Shown: one piece after another, positions 1-9,348 of the stretch
Numbering within the stretch: the stretch's first letter is position 1
Layout: every line of letters begins with the position of its first letter
Assembly: GCA_003558085.1 (NCBI GenBank)
Contig: PWMT01000013.1
Span: forward strand, 1-25,548
Source of the DNA: Methanobacteriaceae archaeon
GTDB taxonomy: Archaea > Methanobacteriota > Methanobacteria > Methanobacteriales > Methanobacteriaceae
DNA: 25,548 bases
Direction of reading: 5' to 3'
The notes under the pieces: model-generated
What the model was told of the DNA's origin: nothing
Seen by the model: the letters and a program-made list of their open reading frames with translations, nothing else
The model's database searches: none
Translations under genes and position numbers: made by a program

Positions 1-236
1 AAATCATTGGGAAAGCTATAAAAGATTTTAGAAAAAAATATAGAGCTACCCTGAGGAAGGGTACATTAGACAGCGCTCCTGATCTGGATGTGCTCTTATT
101 AGCCAAAGAACTAGGAGCAGGTGTGGTTGCTGCTGATGAGGGTATACAAAAATGGTCAGAAAGGCTTGGCCTGAGATTTTTAGAGGCCAAATCATTTCCA
201 CAGATGCTGCAGGAATACTTAAAATATTATGAATAA
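1..236 (+). CDS. 3' end of RNA-free RNase P (HARP / 'RNA ligase partner' MJ0950 family, PIN-like), truncated by the window edge
   Basis: Manual translation from nt 3: [77 protein letters not shown], stop TAA 234-236. The [17 protein letters not shown]...VV..DEGI..W motif is the HARP signature. Not in the ORF track. Confidence 0.85.
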   Translation, partial: IIGKAIKDFRKKYRATLRKGTLDSAPDLDVLLLAKELGAGVVAADEGIQKWSERLGLRFLEAKSFPQMLQEYLKYYE

Positions 237-509
237 CTTAACTGCTAATCCTCCCCTCATTTAAGAGAAAATTTCGGTTAATAAAATTAATAAATTAAAA
301 ATTTTATATTAGTAAATAATAAGCTAATATAATCTTTTTTATACCCTAAAACCTGATTAATACGAATTTTGAGAGATACTATTGATTATTTAAGTGTGTG
401 TTAAATAATTAAAATTTAAGTTAAAAAAATAGTGTAATAAAAAAAAGATATCGTATTATTCTTAAGAATTTTTATGTAGCTTTATTTAAATCCAGTGGAG
501 AGAAATAAA

Positions 510-1799
510 ATGGAATTATCACGTCCTCGTGGAACTAGAGACTTCCTATTCTATCAAATGAAACAACGTAAAATGGTAGAAAATACTTTAAAAAGAGTAT
601 TTGAATCTTATGCTTATCAGGAGATTAAAACCCCTATCTTTGAAAACCTATCCCTATTTACCCAGAAATCTGGTGAAGAAATTGTGGAACAAATTTACTA
701 TTTTAAAGATAAAGGTGATAGACAATTGGCTCTGCGACCAGAACTAACTGCACCGGTAGCCCGTTTATATATTTCTAAATTACAAAAGAGTCCTAAACCA
801 CTTAAAATGTATTATTTTGGTAGTTGTTTTCGTTATGAACGACCACAGGCCGGTAGGTTTAGGCAATTTTGGCAATTTGGTTGTGAAATAATTGGGGGAA
901 AATCACCTGAAACCGATGCAGAAATGATAACCATGGCTGCCCACTCCCTCAAGGAACTAGAATTAGAAGGTTTCGAAATACATTTAGGCCACTTAGGGAT
1001 ATTGCGTGGAATATTAGATGAAGTTAATATTGTGGAAAAAGATCAAGATCATATAATGGGCCTTATTGATAAAGGTGAAAGAGAAAAACTCCTAAAATTC
1101 CTGACCAAATTGAAGATAGATGATAATACCTTGAAAATTCTCTTAGAATTAATCGCCATGAAAGGAAACCCGCAGATTATAGGTAATCTGAAAAAAATCT
1201 TAAAGGGTAGAGAAAAAGCCTTGAATGCTTTACAAGAATTGGAAGAACTATTAGAATATTTAGAAATATTACAAACCGATGATTATCTGCTTAATCTGGG
1301 TATAGCCCGGGGACTGGACTATTATTCGGGAATGGTATTTGAGATCTACGTACCCTCTCTAGGTGCCCAGAAACAGATCTGTGGTGGTGGAACTTATAAC
1401 ATTATTGAAACTTTTGGTGGTGAGAAAATCGAATCCACTGGTTTTGCCTTTGGATTTGATCGTTTGATGTCAGCTTTGATTAGTCAAGGAATAGATTGGA
1501 AAGTAAGTCCAGTAGCCGATGTATTTATAGCACCCATATCCCCTAAAACTCGAAAAGAATCACTTAAAATTGCGCAATATCTCCGATTATCCGGTATTTC
1601 CACTGAAGTGGATCTTGGTAGGAAGAAACTTAAGAAAATCCTATCCTATGCCCATAACCGGGGAATAAAAAAAGTAGTCCTTGTAGGTGAAAGAGATCTA
1701 AAACAGGGAAAATTAACACTAAAAGATATGGAAACAGGGGAACAGATTTTAATTAATAAAGACGAATTATTAAACCAGATCGATGTTCTAAAAAAATAA
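510..1799 (+). CDS. hisS: Histidyl-tRNA synthetase
   Basis: PRGTRD, LALRPELTAP, FRYERPQAGRFRQF, RGLDYY and GGG.Y motifs plus a C-terminal anticodon-binding domain. Start moved to ATG 510, which follows SD GGAG at 497-500. Confidence 0.97.
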   Translation: MELSRPRGTRDFLFYQMKQRKMVENTLKRVFESYAYQEIKTPIFENLSLFTQKSGEEIVEQIYYFKDKGDRQLALRPELTAPVARLYISKLQKSPKPLKMYYFGSCFRYERPQAGRFRQFWQFGCEIIGGKSPETDAEMITMAAHSLKELELEGFEIHLGHLGILRGILDEVNIVEKDQDHIMGLIDKGEREKLLKFLTKLKIDDNTLKILLELIAMKGNPQIIGNLKKILKGREKALNALQELEELLEYLEILQTDDYLLNLGIARGLDYYSGMVFEIYVPSLGAQKQICGGGTYNIIETFGGEKIESTGFAFGFDRLMSALISQGIDWKVSPVADVFIAPISPKTRKESLKIAQYLRLSGISTEVDLGRKKLKKILSYAHNRGIKKVVLVGERDLKQGKLTLKDMETGEQILINKDELLNQIDVLKK

Positions 1800-1898
1800 T
1801 ATAACATCATATATTTTCCACCCCCGTGAAAGCCTGAACCTAGTTTAAATAAATATTAGCTTAAAAAACCATAATAATAAATGTAGGAGAGATAAAAA

Positions 1899-2291
1899 AT
1901 TTTACTAAATTTTAAGCATCATATAAATGGTCAAGATTTGATTATAGCCATTGCCCAAGATGTTAAGACATCAGAAATACTTATGGTGGCTTATATGAAT
2001 CAGAAAGCACTCGAGAAAACTTTAAAAACAAAAAAAGCACATTATTGGAGCACTTCCCGTGCTGAATTATGGTTAAAGGGTGAAAGTTCTGGTCATGAGC
2101 AGCTGGTGCACCAGGTTTTAATTGACTGTGATGAAGATGCAATTATTTTAAAAGTGGAACAAAAAGGTGGAGCTTGCCACACTGGTCATTATTCCTGTTT
2201 TTTTAGAGAATTAGATTTAGATAATAAGGAAAGGATTAAAACTATTGGGAAAAAAATATTTAATCCTAGAAAAATTTATGGGGAGAATTAA
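1899..2291 (+). CDS. hisI: Phosphoribosyl-AMP cyclohydrolase; start uncertain (ATT 1899 versus TTG 1938)
   Basis: YWSTSR..LWLKGESSG, DCD.D and ACHTG..SCF motifs. The frame is open upstream to TAA 1893 and encodes ILLNFKHHINGQD, behind SD AGGAG at 1885-1889. Confidence 0.93.
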   Translation: MLLNFKHHINGQDLIIAIAQDVKTSEILMVAYMNQKALEKTLKTKKAHYWSTSRAELWLKGESSGHEQLVHQVLIDCDEDAIILKVEQKGGACHTGHYSCFFRELDLDNKERIKTIGKKIFNPRKIYGEN

Positions 2292-4121
2292 ATGAAGATT
2301 GTGCCAGATACCAGTGTAATTGTGGATGGAAGAATCACCAAAATAGTGCAGGAAGAAGAATTCCGAGGAAGTGAGGTGATTGTAACAGAAGCCGTAGTTT
2401 CAGAATTGGAATATCAGGCCAATCGTGGACGAGAAAGTGGATTTAATGGTTTAGAAGAACTCAAAAATTTGCAAAAATTACAACAGAGAGAGGTTATTTC
2501 TATGAATTTTGTGGGTCGTCGACCAACTTTGGACGAAATCTCTCTTTCCCGTGGAGGAGAAATAGATGCCATGATCCGTAACACTGCTCAGGAACATGAC
2601 GCTGTACTGGTTACCAGTGATCGAGTCCAGGCTGAAGTAGGTAAAGCCCAGGGTCTGGATGTAGTGTATATCCGACCGGAAGTTATGGAGTACCATGAAC
2701 TGGAAATAAGTAAATACTTCGATCCCCAAACCATGTCTGTTCACCTTAAAGAAAATGTAGTGCCTATGGCTAAGAAGGGAACTCCTGGAAATATTGAGTT
2801 GGTGGAAATAGGTTCTAAACCATTAAAACATTCTAAAATACATGGAATGGCTCGGGAAATAGTGGAGAGGGCTAAAAGCGATTTTAAAAGTTTTATTGAA
2901 ATTGAAATGGAAGGGGCTACCGTGATACAATTTAGAGAATACCGTATATCCATTGCCCGACCTCCCTTCTCAGAAGGATTTGAAATTACTGCTGTGCGTC
3001 CCGTGGCCCGGGTTTCTTTAGATGATTATAAATTACCAGAAAAATTGGTGGAACGTTTAAGAGACATCGCTAAAGGAATACTCATTTCTGGTTCACCAGG
3101 AGCTGGAAAAACCACTTTTGCCCAGGCAATAGCTGATTTTTTCAGTAAAGAGCTTAAAGCCATAGTCAAAACCATGGAATCCCCCCGTGACTTGCAAGTA
3201 GGAAATGAAATAACCCAATACGCCCCTCTGGAAAAGGATATGCAAAAAACTGCGGATATATTGTTATTGGTACGTCCTGATTATACTATCTATGATGAAT
3301 TGCGAAAAAGCAAAGATTTTCGAATATTCGCTGACATGCGACTGGCAGGTGTGGGAATGATTGGAGTGGTGCATGCCACCCGACCAATTGATGCTATCCA
3401 GAGAATTATTGGAAGAGTGGAATTAGGTGTTATACCCTCGGTAGTGGATACCACTATTTTCATTGATCAAGGTAAAGTAGAAGCAATCTATGATGTTAAA
3501 TTAACAGTCAAAGTCCCGACCGGTATGCTGGAAGCTGATTTAGCTCGTCCAGTAATCGAAATTCGTAACTTTGAAAATGAAGAATTAGTCCATGAAATCT
3601 ACACTTATGGTGAACAAACCATAGTAATGGATGTAGGAGATACCACCATCCCCAGTAAAACCCCGGTGCAAAAAATTGCAGAACGGGAAATAGAAAGGGA
3701 AATTAAAAAGAAAGTGCCAGGAGGCCCCATTAAAGTAAAGGTTAAATCAGATAAAAGGGCCCAGGTTTGGATTAAAGAAAAACATATCCCTAAGATCATT
3801 GGCAAAAAAGGTAAAAATATCGATGAGTTAGAAAAAAAAATCGGTATAAGTATCGGGATAGAACCTTTAGAATCAAAAAAAGTGGAGGAAACATTTGAAA
3901 TACCAGTGGAAATAACTGGAAATTATGTAGTGCTTAATTTTGGTAAAAATGCCATTGGTGTGGCTTTTGATATAATGATAGAAGATGAATATCTTTTCAC
4001 AGCCACCGTAGGGAAAAAGGGTACTATAAAGATCAAAAAAGATATTGAACTGGCTGATATGATCATCGAGGCCATGGGGAATAATCTGCCGGTTTATGCC
4101 CGATTACGCGCAGATCAGTAA
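2292..4121 (+). CDS. PINA-type ATPase (N-terminal PIN domain, VirB11/PilT-like ATPase, C-terminal KH domains)
   Basis: N-terminal VPDTSVIVDG PIN motif, Walker A GSPGAGKT, Walker B IYDE, HAT motif, KH loop IIGKKG. Abuts the hisI stop. Confidence 0.9.
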   Translation: MKIVPDTSVIVDGRITKIVQEEEFRGSEVIVTEAVVSELEYQANRGRESGFNGLEELKNLQKLQQREVISMNFVGRRPTLDEISLSRGGEIDAMIRNTAQEHDAVLVTSDRVQAEVGKAQGLDVVYIRPEVMEYHELEISKYFDPQTMSVHLKENVVPMAKKGTPGNIELVEIGSKPLKHSKIHGMAREIVERAKSDFKSFIEIEMEGATVIQFREYRISIARPPFSEGFEITAVRPVARVSLDDYKLPEKLVERLRDIAKGILISGSPGAGKTTFAQAIADFFSKELKAIVKTMESPRDLQVGNEITQYAPLEKDMQKTADILLLVRPDYTIYDELRKSKDFRIFADMRLAGVGMIGVVHATRPIDAIQRIIGRVELGVIPSVVDTTIFIDQGKVEAIYDVKLTVKVPTGMLEADLARPVIEIRNFENEELVHEIYTYGEQTIVMDVGDTTIPSKTPVQKIAEREIEREIKKKVPGGPIKVKVKSDKRAQVWIKEKHIPKIIGKKGKNIDELEKKIGISIGIEPLESKKVEETFEIPVEITGNYVVLNFGKNAIGVAFDIMIEDEYLFTATVGKKGTIKIKKDIELADMIIEAMGNNLPVYARLRADQ

Positions 4122-4274
4122 TTAATAGCTATCATCCCCACCGATTTAAAGTTTCCTAAAAAAATTACTATAAATCTTTTAATTTATAATAAATCTCATT
4201 AACTAAAGAGCCCATTTATTAATTATTTTTTTTAAATATAAAAAATAGTCAAAATCATGGAGGATTTAATAAAA

Positions 4275-5033
4275 ATGAAGATAGGAGTATCTACTTTAGC
4301 ACTTTATCCCTCACCAGTAGAAGAGATCATCAGTTATTTAGAGAATTTAAAAGTAGAATACTGTGAAATTATACATGAATACCCTTACCATCACTTAGAC
4401 TCCGACCTGTTAAATTCTTACTCCCTTAAAATCGCTGTGCATTCACCGCTTTCCGATATTAATATCGCCTCTTTTAATCAATCCATCCAAAAATCTTCTA
4501 TAAATCAGGTTAAAAATTCAGTGGATTGGGCTTACCATGTCGGAGCCGAAGTACTGGTGGTTCACCCCGGGAAAATACCATTCTTGGCACGTATATTCCA
4601 GGATAAAATATTAGAAAATAATTATACGGCCTTAAAAGAATGCGCACTCTATGCCCAAGATAGAGGTATCCACTTGAGTGTGGAGAATATGCCTCAAATG
4701 GAAGAACATTTATTAAAAGATTTAAATGATTTAAATTACTTAGTAGAAGACCTGGGAGTATCGATGACCCTAGATGTGGGACATGCCCATACTATGGGTT
4801 TTTCAGTTGAAGAGATGCTCATTTTTAATTCCATAGGACATTTACATCTTTCTGATAATAATGGCTCCTGGGATAACCATCAGGCATTAGGACAGGGCAC
4901 TATTGATTTTGATCAGTTTTTTTCTAAATTAAATAAAATCAATTACCAGGGTATTATGACTATTGAAGTAAAAAATAAAGTTGAAGTTAAAGAAAGCCTA
5001 GATTACCTCCAATCCAAACTAAATAAAGTATAA
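4275..5033 (+). CDS. Sugar-phosphate isomerase/epimerase (xylose isomerase-like/AP endonuclease 2 TIM barrel)
   Basis: Metal-binding motifs VHSP..DINIAS, VVHPG, VENMP, LDVGHA, HLHLSDN and DNH. GGAGG at 4259 supports ATG 4275. Confidence 0.85.
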   Translation: MKIGVSTLALYPSPVEEIISYLENLKVEYCEIIHEYPYHHLDSDLLNSYSLKIAVHSPLSDINIASFNQSIQKSSINQVKNSVDWAYHVGAEVLVVHPGKIPFLARIFQDKILENNYTALKECALYAQDRGIHLSVENMPQMEEHLLKDLNDLNYLVEDLGVSMTLDVGHAHTMGFSVEEMLIFNSIGHLHLSDNNGSWDNHQALGQGTIDFDQFFSKLNKINYQGIMTIEVKNKVEVKESLDYLQSKLNKV

Positions 5034-5137
5034 TAGGAATATTAATTAAAGATTAGGAATATAAGATCATATAAAAAAATTAGCATGATAATAGGAAGAG
5101 TATCTATAGGTAAATGAATAATTGAAGAGGTTTTAAG

Positions 5138-5809
5138 ATGAAAGTGGCTATTATAGGTGGAACTGGGGATCAAGGTTTTGGTTTGGCATTAAGATTTGCT
5201 AGAGCTGGTGAAAAAGTCCTTTTAGGTTCCAGAGATATTAAAAAAGCAGAAAATACCGTTAACATCCTACATAATATGTTAAAGGGTGAAGCCTTAGAAC
5301 CTGTCCAAGGGATGACCAATACCCTAGCTGCTGAAAAAGGAGATGTGGTTATTCTTACCGTCCCTTTGCAGGCTCAAATTGCAACCCTCAACAGTATAAA
5401 GGATCAATTACAGGATAAAATTTTTGTGGATGCATCAGTTCCTTTAGATACTTGTATTGGTGGATCTTCAACCCACTATGTTGAACTCTGGGAAAATTCT
5501 GTGGGAGAACGATCAGCAGCAATTTTAAAAGATAAAACCACTAAGGTGGTATCTGCTTTCAATAACATTAGTTCCTCCAGTCTCACTAATATTAAAGAAA
5601 AAGTTAATTGTGACTGCCTCATATCTGGTGATGATTCAGAATCTAAGAAAGTAGTAATGAAACTGGCAGAGAAAATACCCGGAGTAAGGGCAATTGATTG
5701 TGGACCTCTAGCAAATGCTAGGATCGTGGAAAAAATAACTCCCCTCTTAATCACCTTAAATATAAAAAATAAAACCCGTTTAGCTGGTTTGAGGATTACC
5801 GGTATTTAA
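5138..5809 (+). CDS. npdG: F420-dependent NADP+ oxidoreductase (F420H2:NADP+ oxidoreductase)
   Basis: MKVAIIGGTGDQGFGLALR Rossmann start, GSR, VVSAF and C-terminal VEKITPLLI.LN. Confidence 0.93.
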   Translation: MKVAIIGGTGDQGFGLALRFARAGEKVLLGSRDIKKAENTVNILHNMLKGEALEPVQGMTNTLAAEKGDVVILTVPLQAQIATLNSIKDQLQDKIFVDASVPLDTCIGGSSTHYVELWENSVGERSAAILKDKTTKVVSAFNNISSSSLTNIKEKVNCDCLISGDDSESKKVVMKLAEKIPGVRAIDCGPLANARIVEKITPLLITLNIKNKTRLAGLRITGI

Positions 5810-5922
5810 GTAGTATTCTTAAATATAGGACAATTTTAAATGTTTGCCTGATTTTCAAGGTCAAGGGTATCTATTTAACGACTAATAATTTAATTTGAAA
5901 AATTTATTTAAAAGGATAGATT

Positions 5923-6531
5923 ATGGAGATAATTAAAAAAACCACCCATGATATAACTAGACATGCACTGCAGGTTATAACCAAGCTTAGTGAAGATCAA
6001 GTCTCAGCAATGATGGATAATATAATTGCTTCTGATTCTATCTTCATTGTAGGTAGCGGTAGATCCGAACTAGTGGGTAAAGCCTTTGCTATGAGGCTCA
6101 TGCACCTAGGTTTTAATGTGCACGTGGTTGGTGATGTAACCACTCCCGCTATAACCAAAAATGATTGTCTTATAGCTATATCTGGATCTGGTGAATCAAA
6201 AACAGTTATTTTAGCTGCTGAAACTTCTAAAAATGTAAAGGCAGAAGTAATGGCTGTAACTGCCAATCAGGAATCAACCCTAAACCAATATTTAGATGTT
6301 ACGATATATATGGATAGTAAAACTAAAGAATATGTTGAAAATGAAGGCAGAGCGCCCTGGAAATATTATACTAGTCATGTATTGAAAGGCGATTATAATG
6401 ATTTAGCTCCGCTGGGAACCATGTTTGAGTACACTGCTCTTTTATTTTTAGATGGGCTGATAGCTGAATTCATGTATCTTTTAGGTAAAAAAGAACAGGA
6501 CCTTAAAAATAGGCACGCCACCATAGAATAA
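5923..6531 (+). CDS. hxlB: 6-phospho-3-hexuloisomerase (RuMP pathway, SIS domain)
   Basis: GSGRS, FAMRLMHLG, ISGSGES, PLGTMFE and C-terminal RHATIE. Confidence 0.93.
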   Translation: MEIIKKTTHDITRHALQVITKLSEDQVSAMMDNIIASDSIFIVGSGRSELVGKAFAMRLMHLGFNVHVVGDVTTPAITKNDCLIAISGSGESKTVILAAETSKNVKAEVMAVTANQESTLNQYLDVTIYMDSKTKEYVENEGRAPWKYYTSHVLKGDYNDLAPLGTMFEYTALLFLDGLIAEFMYLLGKKEQDLKNRHATIE

Positions 6532-6584
6532 TTTAGATTAGTAAGGAACTAATTCATTTCTTTAAAAATTGAAGGTGACCTCAA

Positions 6585-7088
6585 ATGCATGCAGTGTTAT
6601 CAAACGATCTGGTTACAATTATTAACCCTAAAGCAGAGAAACTAAATAAGAAAAGTTATTATGGTCGTATGGTAAATGGTAAATTAGAATTATCATTGAT
6701 CGAGGCCTTGTATCTATTTTCTAAAGATAAAATAACTATTTTTGATGAAGAAAAAGAATTATCAGGTGAAGAGATAACTAACCTGGTCCAGGAAAAAAAA
6801 TTATATGGCAAATATCTAGTATATCAGGACATGAGAAATAGAGGATACGTGGTTAAAACTGGTTTCAAGTACGGATCTGAATTCAGAGTCTATGAACGTG
6901 GTAAAACTCCTGGTGATGGGCATTCTGATTATTTAGTTAAAGTAATATCTGAAAATTATAATTTAAATATATTGGATTTTTCTAGCTACGTACGCGTGGC
7001 ACATGGAGTTAATAAAAAACTGTTGATGGCTGTGGTGGATGAGGAAGGGGATATTACCTATTATAATGTGGAATGGATCCGTCCCTAG
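6585..7088 (+). CDS. endA: tRNA-splicing endonuclease (short, homotetrameric alpha4 type)
   Basis: LSLIEALYL and VY.DMR.RGYVVKTGFKYGSEFRVY, with catalytic Tyr/His(GHS)/Lys(RVAHGVNKK). 167 aa; SD AGGTGA. Confidence 0.93.
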   Translation: MHAVLSNDLVTIINPKAEKLNKKSYYGRMVNGKLELSLIEALYLFSKDKITIFDEEKELSGEEITNLVQEKKLYGKYLVYQDMRNRGYVVKTGFKYGSEFRVYERGKTPGDGHSDYLVKVISENYNLNILDFSSYVRVAHGVNKKLLMAVVDEEGDITYYNVEWIRP

Positions 7089-7168
7089 TAAATAAAGATT
7101 GATTTTCTCTAAGATTGAAAGATTATTTTAAAAAATATCATTATTTTTAAAGATTAAAGGTGATTATT

Positions 7169-8266
7169 TTGATTGACCCTTGGAGTTCAACTAGCTTAGA
7201 TTACGAAAAACTTGTTCAAAAATTTGGGATTAAACCTTTCAAGGATCTTTTAGATGAATTGGAAGCACCACACCCCTTGATGCGGCGGGGAATAATCTTC
7301 GGACACCGTGATTATGGCCGGATAATCAAAGCAATCCGAGAGAAACAGGATTACGCAGTGGTCAGTGGGATGATGCCTAGTGGAAAAATGCATATTGGCC
7401 ATAAAATGATAGTAGATCAGCTGGTTTGGTATCAGAAAAATAATGCCCATATTTACATCCCCATTGCAGATATGGAGTCTTACTCGGCACGTGGACTGGA
7501 CTTTGAAAGTTCCCGACAACTAGCTCTATCTGAATATATCACCAATTACCTGGCCTTAGGTTTAGATTTTAATACTCCTAAAATTAAAGTTTATCTACAA
7601 TCTAAAAATCACACTGTATCGGATCTGGCTTATAAATTAGCTAAAAAAGTTAATTTTAATGAAATGAAAGCTATTTATGGATTCAATGGTTCTAGCAATT
7701 TAGCACATCTCTATGTTCCTTTAATTCAAGTAGCAGATATTTTACATCCGCAGTTAGAAGAGTTTGACGGTCCTAAACCTACGGTGGTGCCGGTGGGACC
7801 TGATCAAGACCCACATATCAGATTAACTAGGGATATAGCTGATCGATTTAAATCTACTTATAATTTTATCTCTCCCTCTTCCACTTATCATCGTTTAATG
7901 GCAGGATTAACTGGAGGTAAAATGTCTAGCAGCCAACCTAAAACTGCTATTTTCTTATCTGACACTCCTGAAGAAGCTGAAAGAAAAATTAAAACTGGGA
8001 AAACTGGTGGTAGGGAAAGTTTAAAAGATCAGGCCGAAAGAGGTGGGGTGCCAGAAGACTGTGTAATATATGAGATGTTACTCTATCATCTCCTGGATTC
8101 TGATGAAAAGTTGCAGAAGATTAAAAGAGAATGTAAACAAGGAACTCTTATGTGTGGTGAATGTAAAAATATTAGTGCGGAACTAGTAAGAGATTTTTTC
8201 CAAGATTTCAGCAAAAAAAGGGAAAAAGCAAAAAAGATGGCTGATAAAGTATTAGTAGAGTATTGA
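7169..8266 (+). CDS. trpS: Tryptophanyl-tRNA synthetase (archaeal type)
   Basis: DPW start, [24 protein letters not shown] and CGECK. TTG 7169 follows SD AGGTGA at 7158-7163; the track start is GTG 7160. Confidence 0.96.
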   Translation: MIDPWSSTSLDYEKLVQKFGIKPFKDLLDELEAPHPLMRRGIIFGHRDYGRIIKAIREKQDYAVVSGMMPSGKMHIGHKMIVDQLVWYQKNNAHIYIPIADMESYSARGLDFESSRQLALSEYITNYLALGLDFNTPKIKVYLQSKNHTVSDLAYKLAKKVNFNEMKAIYGFNGSSNLAHLYVPLIQVADILHPQLEEFDGPKPTVVPVGPDQDPHIRLTRDIADRFKSTYNFISPSSTYHRLMAGLTGGKMSSSQPKTAIFLSDTPEEAERKIKTGKTGGRESLKDQAERGGVPEDCVIYEMLLYHLLDSDEKLQKIKRECKQGTLMCGECKNISAELVRDFFQDFSKKREKAKKMADKVLVEY

Positions 8267-8417
8267 ACTAAAATGATAAAAGTCTTTAACCAAAAATTGT
8301 TATTTACGCCTAGAAAATAAGGATTAATAATTATATTTATAAGTAATCAAATTAATCTATGCACAAGCCTAGATATTCTAATCGTATTTTGATTTAATAA
8401 AAACTATTTGGTTTAAA

Positions 8418-9068
8418 ATGAGGAATGCTCTGATGATTAGAAAAGAAAAATATGAAAGCACTATTGGAGCCCTATATCGTAGAAATGAAAAATTTTTAGC
8501 ACTTTCTGCTTTATTATTCTTGGGATCCATGATTATCGGATATTTCTTTTCTGGGATATTCGCATTTTATTTAGAAAATATGGTAGAGGGTTTAAGAAGA
8601 GCTGTTATCGAAGGAGAAATAGAATTAAACACTTTATCCATATTCAGCCATAATCTTAGAATAGCGTTATTAATTTATGGTGGAGGAATCTTGCTGAGCA
8701 TCTTTACCATTATCTTATTGGTTATTAATGGATTGTTTCTAGGCTATTTTGCCACTACGGTTCCTATTGGAAATTTCGCAATTTTAACCATACCTCACGG
8801 AATATTTGAGGTTCCCAGTATCATCATTGCTGGTGCTGCAGGTTTTAGACTAACCAGTTTTCTTTATAGATTATTTTATAACCTGAACAATACGCACTTT
8901 CAAGGTTCAATCATAGATAAAATGGTATACTCCTTTAGAGAAAACCTGCCTGAATTAGAAGAGTCCCTGCTACTTTTAGGGATATCCATTGTATTATTAT
9001 TTATAGCTGCTATTATAGAAGCAAATTTAACTCTACCTTGGGCAGAATATGTGCTTAGAACCCTCTAA
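8418..9068 (+). CDS. SpoIIM-family (DUF95) membrane protein
   Basis: Several hydrophobic segments, with IF.HN, NG, PHGIFEVP and AAIIEA motifs. Confidence 0.85.
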   Translation: MRNALMIRKEKYESTIGALYRRNEKFLALSALLFLGSMIIGYFFSGIFAFYLENMVEGLRRAVIEGEIELNTLSIFSHNLRIALLIYGGGILLSIFTIILLVINGLFLGYFATTVPIGNFAILTIPHGIFEVPSIIIAGAAGFRLTSFLYRLFYNLNNTHFQGSIIDKMVYSFRENLPELEESLLLLGISIVLLFIAAIIEANLTLPWAEYVLRTL

Positions 9069-9145
9069 TCTTTTATAATTTAATTATTTACTTTAACTTC
9101 AAAAACGTTTATATGGATTTAAGGATCAATCAATATCTTTTTTTA

Positions 9146-9240
9146 AAATTATAATTAAATACTATCCTTGGTTTAGATCATCAAAAAATTATAAGTAAAT
9201 ACTCTTTTCTGGTTTAGATCATCAAAAATTATAATCTACT
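9146..9240. repeat. Imperfect ~41-bp tandem repeat (about 2.3 copies) upstream of thrC
   Basis: TGGTTTAGATCATCAAAAA begins at both 9169 and 9210. Each copy is preceded by AAATTATAA.TAAATACT and followed by AATTATAA. Confidence 0.8.
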
Positions 9241-9348
9241 TGAGGTAAAAGATTAATTATAATTACTGATAAAGCAATTCAAAGTAATTATCTACTATGC
9301 TGCTTAAATTGACTTTCTATAATCCGATAAATATTATGGTGAAAAATA

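Noticed and set aside
2292..4121. Toxin-antitoxin or pilus/secretion system suggested by the PIN and VirB11-like domains
   Set aside because: The PIN-ATPase-KH architecture is the conserved archaeal PINA housekeeping protein, and no antitoxin or pilin genes are adjacent.
9146..9240. Mini CRISPR array
   Set aside because: The units are contiguous near-duplicates with no unique spacers, and no cas genes are nearby.
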